Positions 29,135-39,003 of a stretch of 64,000 nt of DNA are shown piece after piece. Source of the stretch: an uncultured Verrucomicrobiae bacterium (GTDB taxonomy: Bacteria; Verrucomicrobiota; Verrucomicrobiia; Chthoniobacterales; Terrimicrobiaceae); NCBI GenBank assembly GCA_963706955.1, contig CAVPOC010000009.1:32001-96000 (forward strand), given 5' to 3'. A program made the translations under genes and the position numbers. The stretch's first letter is position 1. Each line of letters starts with the position of its first letter. The notes under the pieces were generated by a model. That model worked only from the letters and a program-made list of their open reading frames with translations, had not been told where the DNA came from and did no database searches.

Positions 29135-30558
29135 TCGTCGTCGAGAGTTCCCAACGCGCCGTTACGTTCCAAGCGCTTGCGAAGCGTTGCGCGGGTAATC
29201 CCAAGAAGCTTCGCGGCCCGGACTTGATTGCTGTTCGTCTTGCGCATCGCCCGCAGGGTAAATTCCCGCTCGAGCCATGGCAGCAGCTCGATGCTGGCGT
29301 CAGAGGTCGCCGCATCGAAGAGGGCTTCGATCGCATTCTCGACGGAGTTACCGCTACCGTTCATGTGCTGCTCGGACGAGCTCGAGGAGACTTGCCCCAG
29401 CGGAATATCCTTCGGCAAAAGCACGTCCGCAGTTGCCAGGACGGAAGCTCGTTGAATGGTGTTTTCCAGTTCACGCACGTTCCCCGGCCATGGATACGCC
29501 TCCAATACACGGGCGGCTTCCTCCGATAACTTCAACGGTGGTCTGTGCTTATGATGGGCGATTTTCTGGAGGAAATACTCTGCAAGCTGACGGATGTCCT
29601 CCTGCCTGACCCGCAGAGGCGGAAGATGGATGCGAACCACATTGAGTCGATAAAAGAGATCTTCCCTAAAGCGTTTCTGGGCAACTTCTTCTTCGAGGTG
29701 CTTGTTCGTCGCGCAGACGATGCGAACGTTCGCGCGGATGGTCTGGTTGCCGCCAACGCGAGAAAACTCGCCCTCTTGCAAAACCCGCAAGATCTTGCTT
29801 TGGACTTGCACAGGCATTTCGCCGATCTCGTCCAGAAAGAGCGTTCCGTTATCGCTTTGCTCGAAGCGTCCAATCCGCTGGCTATGCGCACCGGTGAAGG
29901 AACCTTTTTCGTGACCGAATAATTCGCTTTCCAACAAATTTTCCGGGATTGCCGCACAGTTGATCGCCAGGAAGCTCTTGCCACTACGAGTGCTGTAGTT
30001 GTGAATCGCGCGAGCGACCAGTTCTTTGCCAGATCCGCTTTCCCCGGTGATCATCACTGGAGCATCGCTCGCAGCCACGCGACCAATCATTTTGAAGACC
30101 TGTTGCATGGCATCCGAACGGCCGACAATCTCGTCCTGATGCTGTTCGATGGTCAGAACAGGCTTAAAAGTGTTCGCGGTCTTTAGTTCTGCGGCCGCCT
30201 TTAAGGCCGAATCGACAACAATCTTCAAATTGAAAGGCAATTGCTCCTTCCGCACGAAGTCGAACGCTCCCATCTTCATAGCCTCGATAACGTTCTGGTT
30301 AGTGCTAAAGGCACTGACGATGATGACCATCGCATTCTGTGAGTGCTTTCGGATTTGTGCGAGCAGCTCAATGCCCGAGAACGGACTAAGATTAAGTTCA
30401 GCCATCACCAGGTCAGGAGTTTCCATGCAGAAACTCTTGTAGGCGGCGTCGGCAGAGGTCTCAGTTACAACGCGCGTTCCTGCCGTCTCTAACTGGTGCT
30501 TGGCCCATTCGAGGAAATCAGTCTCCTGGTCGACAAGAAGGATGGTTTGTTTCGCCAT
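29131..30558 (-). CDS. Sigma-54-dependent NtrC-family activator (receiver-AAA+-Fis HTH)
   Basis: GESGSGKE, ESELFGHEKGSFTGA, FLDEIG, WPGNVREL, C-terminal HTH AAKLLGITRATL. Confidence 0.95.
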   Translation of the reverse strand: MAKQTILLVDQETDFLEWAKHQLETAGTRVVTETSADAAYKSFCMETPDLVMAELNLSPFSGIELLAQIRKHSQNAMVIIVSAFSTNQNVIEAMKMGAFDFVRKEQLPFNLKIVVDSALKAAAELKTANTFKPVLTIEQHQDEIVGRSDAMQQVFKMIGRVAASDAPVMITGESGSGKELVARAIHNYSTRSGKSFLAINCAAIPENLLESELFGHEKGSFTGAHSQRIGRFEQSDNGTLFLDEIGEMPVQVQSKILRVLQEGEFSRVGGNQTIRANVRIVCATNKHLEEEVAQKRFREDLFYRLNVVRIHLPPLRVRQEDIRQLAEYFLQKIAHHKHRPPLKLSEEAARVLEAYPWPGNVRELENTIQRASVLATADVLLPKDIPLGQVSSSSSEQHMNGSGNSVENAIEALFDAATSDASIELLPWLEREFTLRAMRKTNSNQVRAAKLLGITRATLRKRLERNGALGTLDDE

Positions 30559-30571
30559 GGTGCAGATGTTT

Positions 30572-30664
30572 AAAAATCAACAGCACAGACACGCCATGGG
30601 ATGGGGTCTGGGAAGTCAAGGGCAATTCCCTTAAGAGAAGGCAAAACGAACAAAAATCAACAGC
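30572..30664. repeat. 13-bp direct repeat AAAAATCAACAGC, two copies 80 bp apart
   Basis: Exact copies at 30572-30584 and 30652-30664 in the uppS/activator intergenic region. Confidence 0.8.
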
Positions 30665-30670
30665 GGCGGA

Positions 30671-31378
30671 TTAGACGCCCCCGTATCGGCGCGTTCTCTG
30701 GCTAAAATCGTGCAAAGCGTTCACAAAATCTTCTTTTCGAAAGTCCGGCCACAACTTGGAAGTAACGTGAATTTCAGTGTAGCTGAGCTGCCAAAGTAAA
30801 AAATTCGACAGGCGAACTTCTCCAGACGTGCGGATAAGCAGGTCTGGATCAGGGAAGTTCGCCGTGTAGAGCCGCTTACTAAAGAGTGTTTCGGTGATAT
30901 CCTCTTCGGCCAGTTTGCCTGCAAGCGCGTCGCGAGCGATGCTTCTGACCGCATCGACCATCTCGGTTCTGCCGCTGTAACTGAGCGCCAAAATCAGCGT
31001 CAGACGTGAGTTGGCGGAGGTCGAAGCTATTGCTTCGGCGAGCTTTCGCTGGCAAATTTCCGGGAGGTCATTGAGACGGCCGATGGCCTGCAGGCGCACG
31101 CCGACATCATTCAGCTCCTGCAATTTGTCCTGGAGGAAGCGCTCGAGCAGGCGCATGAGCCCCTGGACTTCAATCGCCGGACGCTTCCAATTCTCGGAGG
31201 AAAAAGCGTAGAGCGTCAGGTATTCGACTCCGCATTCGATGGCTGCATCGATGCATTCGCGGATCGACTTGGCTCCTTGTTCGTGACCGGCGAGTCGGGG
31301 GAAGCCGCGGCGCTGCGCCCAGCGCCCGTTGCCATCCATGATAATTGCGACGTGACGGGGAACAGCTTTCACGGGCAC
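30671..31378 (-). CDS. uppS: Undecaprenyl diphosphate synthase
   Basis: HVAIIMDGNGRWA, YAFSSENWKRP, IRTSGEVRLSNFLLWQ. Confidence 0.97.
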   Translation of the reverse strand: MPVKAVPRHVAIIMDGNGRWAQRRGFPRLAGHEQGAKSIRECIDAAIECGVEYLTLYAFSSENWKRPAIEVQGLMRLLERFLQDKLQELNDVGVRLQAIGRLNDLPEICQRKLAEAIASTSANSRLTLILALSYSGRTEMVDAVRSIARDALAGKLAEEDITETLFSKRLYTANFPDPDLLIRTSGEVRLSNFLLWQLSYTEIHVTSKLWPDFRKEDFVNALHDFSQRTRRYGGV

Positions 31379-31386
31379 GGGGAACG

Positions 31387-32697
<1,311 letters not shown>

Positions 32698-32752
32698 TCA
32701 AGATAAATAATGCTCCCTTGGCGGCCTGAAGCTGCCGTCGTATCCTGGGCCT

Positions 32753-33262
32753 GTGAAAGCGCCGCGCCCAACGGCCTCCGCCGGGAGTCACTTTTGCCGC
32801 GCTCTGCGGCTGCGATGTCCGGCATGTGGGATTAGCCCAATCTTCATCAGCTGGAAAAAAGTGCGCTCTCTGCGTGATTGGTTTGCCCCCCTCGATGGAT
32901 GCCCGCGATGCGGATATCCGTATGAGCGCGAGCCCGGCTACTATTTAATGTCCATCTGGGCAATCAACTACGGAGTTGGCAGCGTGCTGGGTCTGGCCAT
33001 TTATGGCTTTCTGGAGTGGAAACTAGATCTGCCCGTGTGGCAGTTGCTGACCGCAGTGCTCGTGCCAGTGTTTCTGTTTAGTCTGCTCTTTGCGCGACAC
33101 TCGAAGGCCCTCTTCCTGGCGCTGGACCTCTTCTTCGATCCCCACGAGAAAGAGGATGGCGACGATGGCGGAAACGTTCCTGCCAAGCCGACGCCGCCCC
33201 AGGGCGAGGGGCCTTCGCAGAGACCGGGAGGCTCTTGCGATCGAGCGAAGGTGGTGCGATAA
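32753..33262 (+). CDS. DUF983-like zinc-ribbon membrane protein
   Basis: RCPACG and CPRCG Cys pairs, REPGY, two TM helices. Confidence 0.75.
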   Translation: MKAPRPTASAGSHFCRALRLRCPACGISPIFISWKKVRSLRDWFAPLDGCPRCGYPYEREPGYYLMSIWAINYGVGSVLGLAIYGFLEWKLDLPVWQLLTAVLVPVFLFSLLFARHSKALFLALDLFFDPHEKEDGDDGGNVPAKPTPPQGEGPSQRPGGSCDRAKVVR

Positions 33263-33274
33263 GGCTCGCCCATC

Positions 33275-33847
33275 ATGCGAGTCCTTTGCCTTCCTGCTTT
33301 GTTGGTTCTTTGCTGCGCAGCTGTTCACGCCGAGGCGCTGGATCAGTTGGGCAAGCCGGTCGATCAATCGGTTGTTCCTGGTTCCGAAGTCAGATTCAAG
33401 GTTTCGCTACCCGGCGCGAAGGATAACGTAAAGGTGGCCAGATTGCAGGACGGATCGCTCGTCTACATCGTTAAACGGCTGGGGGCAGGCACCGACCGAA
33501 TGTTGACACCGGAACAATTCTCGCGCTTCTACTACGCTCAGGAGGCCGGTCGCGGCTGGCTTTTCGTAATTTTCAATGTGACGAGCGCCGCCAGCTTGGC
33601 GTGGGTTGCGGTTGGGCTCCTGGGCCAGTTGCTCTTTACCGGTCGTATGCTCGTGCAATGGCTCACCAGCGAGAAAAGTAAGCGCTCGGTTGTGCCGGTT
33701 TCATTCTGGTGGATGAGCCTGGTGGGCGCGACGATGCTGCTCGTCTACTTTATCTGGAGACGCGATATTGTCGGCATTCTGGGCCAAGCTACCGGCTGGA
33801 TCATCTATATCCGCAATCTTGTCCTGATCCATCGCTCGCGAAGCTGA
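33275..33847 (+). CDS. Lipid-A-disaccharide synthase N-terminal (LAB_N) domain protein
   Basis: GQLLFTGRMLVQWLTSEK..SVVP..FW..SL.G...LL.Y...R.D.V.ILGQ signature; N-terminal signal peptide and soluble domain. Confidence 0.85.
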   Translation: MRVLCLPALLVLCCAAVHAEALDQLGKPVDQSVVPGSEVRFKVSLPGAKDNVKVARLQDGSLVYIVKRLGAGTDRMLTPEQFSRFYYAQEAGRGWLFVIFNVTSAASLAWVAVGLLGQLLFTGRMLVQWLTSEKSKRSVVPVSFWWMSLVGATMLLVYFIWRRDIVGILGQATGWIIYIRNLVLIHRSRS

Positions 33848-33948
33848 TGGAGAGCGGAGAAGAAGCGCCCTGGCCATTTTTTCTCCACGAAGTCGTCTCA
33901 TCCGGTTCTTAGTTCTTTCCTGCCGTTTTTCCGCTCATATACTTGGGC

Positions 33949-35859
33949 ATGGAAGTTGGCTGGCGACCCCTCCCCCGCAACCAGGTCAAGATTCCCGACG
34001 GGTTTTGGAAGCGATGGCGCGATCTCATCGGCGAAACTACCCTGACTCACCAGTTCGAGGAAATGTGTGCCGACGGGCACATGGATGCGATGCTTCTGGA
34101 TCGCCGAATGCATCGTGGCCGCGAACAGGCCGATCCATGGGCGGACGCCGGTTACTGGGGTGGCAGCGTATTCTGGGACTCCGATCTGGGTAAATGGCTC
34201 GAAGCAGCCTCCGCCCGGCTCGAGCAAACTCCAGACCGAAATTTGGAGGCTCGCGTTGATGAGGTCATTGATCTGATCGAGCGGGCACAACAGCCGGACG
34301 GCTACGTGAACAGCCATATTTTGACCTGGCGTCCACAGCACCGGTTCAAAAATCTGCGAGATCTACATGAACTCTACTGTGCCGGACACTTGATCGAGGC
34401 GGCCGTGGTTCATTTTGAAGCGACCGGAAAGGATCGCTTGTTGCGCGTCGCGCGGCGCTTTGCAGATTATATCGATTCCCGTTTTGGTCGGGAGCCGGGC
34501 AAGATTCGCGGCTACTGCGGTCACCCGGAGATAGAGCTGGCGCTCCTGCGCCTCTACCATCTCACCAAGGAACGGCGCTATCTTGACCTCTGTCGGTATT
34601 TTATCGATGAGCGCGGGCAGTCGCCAATCTTCTTCGACCAAGAAGCTGTTGCGCGCTTGGACTCGCGACCGTTTCGGCCAAACCATCCCGGTTCTCCCTA
34701 TGCGTACATGCAGGCGCATGAACCGATTCGCCGGCAGACCCAGGTGGTGGGTCATGCGGTTCGTGCGATGTATCTCTTCGCCGCCGCCGCCGGTCTGGCT
34801 TTAGAAGATGGCGATGACGAGCTGCTCGCAACTTGCGAGCGCCTCTGGCAGGATGTCATTACTTCAAAGCTGTATATCACCGGCGGCATCGGTTCGGCTT
34901 CAGAGAACGAAGGATTCACACGCGACTACGACCTCCCCAACGAGAATTCTTACGCCGAGACTTGCGCTTCCATTGGCCTTTTTCTCTTTGGACACCGACT
35001 TCTTCAAGCCCGGCTCGACGGTCAGTACGGCGATGTGATGGAACAGGCCCTGTATAACAACATCCTCTCGGGCATCGGGGTCGACGGCCGTTGTTTTTTC
35101 TACGACAATCCGATGGCCAGCACGGGCTCGAAGGGTCGCGTAGATTGGCCGTGGTGGACGCCTTGCTGTCCGCCAAACCTGGCACGGCTCGTGGGCTCCT
35201 TGTCGGGATACCTTTTTTCCCAGAGAGCTGATGCGATTGCGGTGCATCATTACATTACCAGCGAGGCCCTCGCGGACGATTTTACTTTGCGGATGGAGAG
35301 CGAATTCCCCTTCGGAGGAAATAGTTCCCTCGAGGTCAAAGTGGATGCCCCGGCGGAGAGAGCGTTTTATTTCCGGGTCCCGGCGTGGTCTGAACAATTC
35401 AGTATTCGGATCAATGGAGAGACGGTCACTCCAAGGCTCGAACAGGGCTATGCAGAGGTTCGACGGGTGTGGAATTCAGGCGACTCCGTAATGCTGGAGT
35501 TCGCCATGGAGGTGAACAAGAAATTTTCCCGATATGAAGTCGACGTAAACCGGGGGCGTCTTGCCTTGAGCAGAGGTCCTTTGGTGTATTGCCTGGAGCA
35601 AGTCGACAATGGCGCTAATCTCGATGCCGTCACCATTGCGTCTCAAGCAAGCTTTTCAGCCGAGGAACGCTCAGACTTACTCGGTGGAATCATGGCACTC
35701 ACTGGCCCAGCGGTCCGTGAGCAGACGGATTCTGGCGAACTCTATAGTGATCACCCGCCGCCAACGGAGGAAATCAATGTGACGGCAGTGCCGTATTACG
35801 CATGGAATAACCGCGGACCAGGCGAGATGCTGGTTTGGGTCCGCCGCGCTGTCGACTAG
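33949..35859 (+). CDS. Glycoside hydrolase family 127 (beta-L-arabinofuranosidase-like)
   Basis: DSDLGKWLEAA, HELYCAGH, GHAVRAMY, ETCAS, CCPPN, RGPLVYC, PYYAWNNR. Confidence 0.93.
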   Translation: MEVGWRPLPRNQVKIPDGFWKRWRDLIGETTLTHQFEEMCADGHMDAMLLDRRMHRGREQADPWADAGYWGGSVFWDSDLGKWLEAASARLEQTPDRNLEARVDEVIDLIERAQQPDGYVNSHILTWRPQHRFKNLRDLHELYCAGHLIEAAVVHFEATGKDRLLRVARRFADYIDSRFGREPGKIRGYCGHPEIELALLRLYHLTKERRYLDLCRYFIDERGQSPIFFDQEAVARLDSRPFRPNHPGSPYAYMQAHEPIRRQTQVVGHAVRAMYLFAAAAGLALEDGDDELLATCERLWQDVITSKLYITGGIGSASENEGFTRDYDLPNENSYAETCASIGLFLFGHRLLQARLDGQYGDVMEQALYNNILSGIGVDGRCFFYDNPMASTGSKGRVDWPWWTPCCPPNLARLVGSLSGYLFSQRADAIAVHHYITSEALADDFTLRMESEFPFGGNSSLEVKVDAPAERAFYFRVPAWSEQFSIRINGETVTPRLEQGYAEVRRVWNSGDSVMLEFAMEVNKKFSRYEVDVNRGRLALSRGPLVYCLEQVDNGANLDAVTIASQASFSAEERSDLLGGIMALTGPAVREQTDSGELYSDHPPPTEEINVTAVPYYAWNNRGPGEMLVWVRRAVD

Positions 35860-35904
35860 CACTGCTCTCAACTCAAGCGCGTAAAGAACGAACCTTCTTC
35901 CCCC

Positions 35905-36723
35905 ATGAACTCGATACCCGGACGTTGGTGGCTTACTGCCGTAGTCGTGATTATTACGGCCATTCTGCTTTCACCATTTTATTGGGTGCTCATGGGAAGC
36001 TTCATGACGCCGGCAGAGCTTTTCGGAGTCAATCAGAGCTTTTGGCCGAGAAACTTCGTCGTGGAGAATTGGTCGAAGGCATTGGAGCGACTCTGGCCCC
36101 ACGTTCGCAACAGTCTCCTGGTCAGTGCCGCCACTTCCATCGGGACGCTGCTCATTACAGCCCCGGCCGCTTACGGGCTCGTCTGGAAAAAGCCAATCGG
36201 TCGCAATGCGCTTTCCTCATTCATGCTGGTGACCCAAATGCTGCCGGGCATCGTCTTTGTCATCCCGCTATTCATCGTCTTCTCCAAAATCAATCTCGTG
36301 AATACTATGTTCGGGCTGATTTTGGCCGACATGACCTTCACGGTGCCGTTCGCCCTGATCATGCTCTCGGCCTACATGAAGGAATTACCGTACGAGCTGG
36401 TCGAGGCGGCACTCGTTGATGGGGCCGGCCCCTTCCGTGCCTTCCTTTCGGTGGTGCTGCCGATCACCCTTCCCGGCCTGGTCACTGTTGGGATCTTCAG
36501 CTTTTTGATGCCGTGGGGCGATCTTCTTTTCGCCTTGAGCCTGATTACCGAGAGCAGTTTGCAGCCCCTCACACTCGAGCTTTACAAGGCCTTCGGTCAA
36601 TATGGAATCGATTGGGGTTTCCTGCTTCCGGGGAGCGTCCTCACGGCGATTCCGGCTTTGATCTTCGTAATCTTGGCCAGCCGTTTCATTGTCGCAGGCG
36701 TTACCCGCGGTGCGGTCAAGTGA
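35905..36723 (+). CDS. Carbohydrate ABC transporter permease (MalG-like)
   Basis: EAALVDGA EAA loop, about 6 TM, ends GAVK. Confidence 0.93.
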   Translation: MNSIPGRWWLTAVVVIITAILLSPFYWVLMGSFMTPAELFGVNQSFWPRNFVVENWSKALERLWPHVRNSLLVSAATSIGTLLITAPAAYGLVWKKPIGRNALSSFMLVTQMLPGIVFVIPLFIVFSKINLVNTMFGLILADMTFTVPFALIMLSAYMKELPYELVEAALVDGAGPFRAFLSVVLPITLPGLVTVGIFSFLMPWGDLLFALSLITESSLQPLTLELYKAFGQYGIDWGFLLPGSVLTAIPALIFVILASRFIVAGVTRGAVK

Positions 36724-36736
36724 GGTGTCAGCCGCA

Positions 36737-37618
36737 ATGAAGATCACCCCAAGGAAGCTGGTTCTCGAAGCCTCACCCTACTTGTTCATTCTCCCGTTCG
36801 TCATTTTCTGCCTGGTCTTGTTGCTTTACCCAGTCGTCTACAGTTTGGCGCTGAGCTTTCGTGAAGCGACCGTTGAAACATTTGTCAGTGGAGAGATGCC
36901 GTTCAACGGCCTCACTCAGTATCAAGCAGCCTTGGCGGACCCAATTTTCTGGAGGGCGCTGACCAACACACTCCTCTTCGCATTTTTCAGCATCCTCTTC
37001 CAGTTCACCATTGGCTTTCTTCTCGCCTTGCTTTTTCAAGCGGACTTTCCGTGGAAGAACTTTTGTCTGGCGGCCCTGCTTGTTCCTTGGGTTTCGCCAA
37101 TCTTGACCGCCGCCAACATCTTCAAAGGGCTTTTCAACGAAGTCGGCCCGATCAACCGGCTTGCCGAGCTGATTGGGCTCGGTCCGTTTCCCTGGCTGGC
37201 TGACCCGAGTTATGCCCTCCCCGCCACGATTGTCGCGAATATCTGGATCGGCTTCCCGTTTAATTTCATCCTATTATACGCCGGCATGCGCAGCATTCCG
37301 GAGGATGTCTACGAAGCCGCCAAGATTGACGGAGCGGGCTTCTGGCAGCGGGTAGGTTTTATTACGTTGCCGATGCTAAAACCAGTCACGGTGGCGGTGC
37401 TCATGCTCGGCACCATCTATACGGTGAAGGTGTTTGACATCGTCTGGATCATGACTGGGGGTGGGCCAGCCAACGGAACGCACCTCTTGTCTACCTACGC
37501 GTACCAGGTGGGATTTTCGGTGCTCAACTTCGGCGAAGCCGCAGCCATCGCCACCCTGCTGGTGCTGCTCGTGCTCTTGCTCAACCTCGTTCAATTTCTC
37601 CTCCAACGAGGAAGATGA
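36737..37618 (+). CDS. Carbohydrate ABC transporter permease (MalF-like)
   Basis: YEAAKIDGA, MTGGGP, about 6 TM. Confidence 0.93.
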   Translation: MKITPRKLVLEASPYLFILPFVIFCLVLLLYPVVYSLALSFREATVETFVSGEMPFNGLTQYQAALADPIFWRALTNTLLFAFFSILFQFTIGFLLALLFQADFPWKNFCLAALLVPWVSPILTAANIFKGLFNEVGPINRLAELIGLGPFPWLADPSYALPATIVANIWIGFPFNFILLYAGMRSIPEDVYEAAKIDGAGFWQRVGFITLPMLKPVTVAVLMLGTIYTVKVFDIVWIMTGGGPANGTHLLSTYAYQVGFSVLNFGEAAAIATLLVLLVLLLNLVQFLLQRGR

Positions 37619-37654
37619 CTCTCTTTCTCAAAACATGTATCCTCAGTCAGCAAA

Positions 37655-38903
37655 ATGAAAACCAACACTACCCTCAGAAAACCCCAGTTCCGCCGTTTCG
37701 TGATGCTCGTCTCCGCTCTTGCCGCGTTCGCACTTGCCAGGACCAACGCTCAAGTAACGGTCGAGATCATCCATTATTTCAACGTGGAGGGCCAGCTCGC
37801 CTCGCCTCAACGAAATGCAGAAAGAGTTCGAGGCGGCCAACCCGGATATCAAACTGCGCTTCACCTTTGTGCCCTTTGGTGAGCTGGTCAGTCGAACCCT
37901 GCAAATGGCTGCCGTGCGCAAGCCACCGGCCATTTCCGCGGTTGACAATCCCGACGTGCTGAGGGTCGCCAAGGCCGGTATTCTCAAAGATATCTCGGCC
38001 GACGTTGCCAAACTGAAAGTCTGGGAGGACATCTATGCCGGACCAAAGGCTGCCGTGAGCGAGGGAAACAAGGTTTTTGGCATGCCGATCGGCAGCAACA
38101 GTCTTGCCCTTTATTACAACAAGAAGATGCTCACCGACGCGGGCGTGACCTCGCCGCCCAAGACCTGGGCCGAGCTTAACGAAACAGCAAAGAAGGCCAC
38201 CAAAAGCCCGGTTTATGGCATTGCCTTCTCCGCTGTGAATGACGAGCAGGCCACCTGGCAATGGGAGCCATTCCTTTGGAGCAATGGCGGGAGTTTGACC
38301 GATCTTGGTTCGGAGAAGGCCACCGAGGCTCTCCAGCTTTGGGTGGATTGGGTGAAGAACGGCTTCGCTTCGAAGGATGTGGTCAATTGGAGCCAAGGCA
38401 ACGTTCCGAACCAATTTCTGGGTGGTCGCGCGGCAACGATGGTCATGGGACCGTGGCAGCTCGCCAATGTTGAGAAGAGCGGTGTCGATTTTGGCATCGT
38501 CACCATTCCAGTGCCCAAAGAGGGCGAAAAGCCGGTTGTCCCGCTCGGTGGAGAGGTCTGGTGCGTCCTCAAAGGAGACCCTAAAGTCGAAGAGGCTGCG
38601 ATGAAATTCGTCGAATTCACCCAGGAGCCCGAACGTCTCCGCAAGATTTGCGATACCTTCAATTACATCTCCTCGATCAAGAGCGTCGCAAAACAGCAAG
38701 GTGAAGCTAAACCCGCAATTCAGCCCTTTGTTGACCAAATGGAGACGGCACGCGCCAGGTCCCAGGACGGTGGAGCAAAATATCCCGAAATCTCATTGGC
38801 GACTCGCACCGCGATTCAGAAAGCGCTCACCGGGCAAGCCAGCGCCGCAGACGCGTTGAAGGAAGCGGCCGCGAAAATCAAGGAGGTCCTCGCCAAGAAG
38901 TAG
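37655..38903 (+). CDS. Carbohydrate ABC transporter substrate-binding protein, +1 frameshift at about 37805
   Basis: Signal peptide in 37655 frame; FEAANPDIK, LYYNKKML, GRAATMVMGPW in 37815 frame; deleting one C at 37805/6 joins QLAS-LNEMQKEF. Confidence 0.88.
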
Positions 38904-38923
38904 AATCTCTTAGGGTCTAAGCG

Positions 38924-38947
38924 GAGGCGGACGCGAGCGTCCGGCTC
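38924..38947 (+). terminator. Intercistronic hairpin after the substrate-binding protein gene
   Basis: CGGACG-cgag-CGTCCG stem extended by GAG/CTC; no U-tract, so more likely an mRNA-stabilising element. Confidence 0.4.
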
Positions 38948-39003
38948 TCTTGGAAGACAACGCCAGACAGAGCGCGGCTGCTTGGTCGCAAGGAGGTAAA
39001 CAT

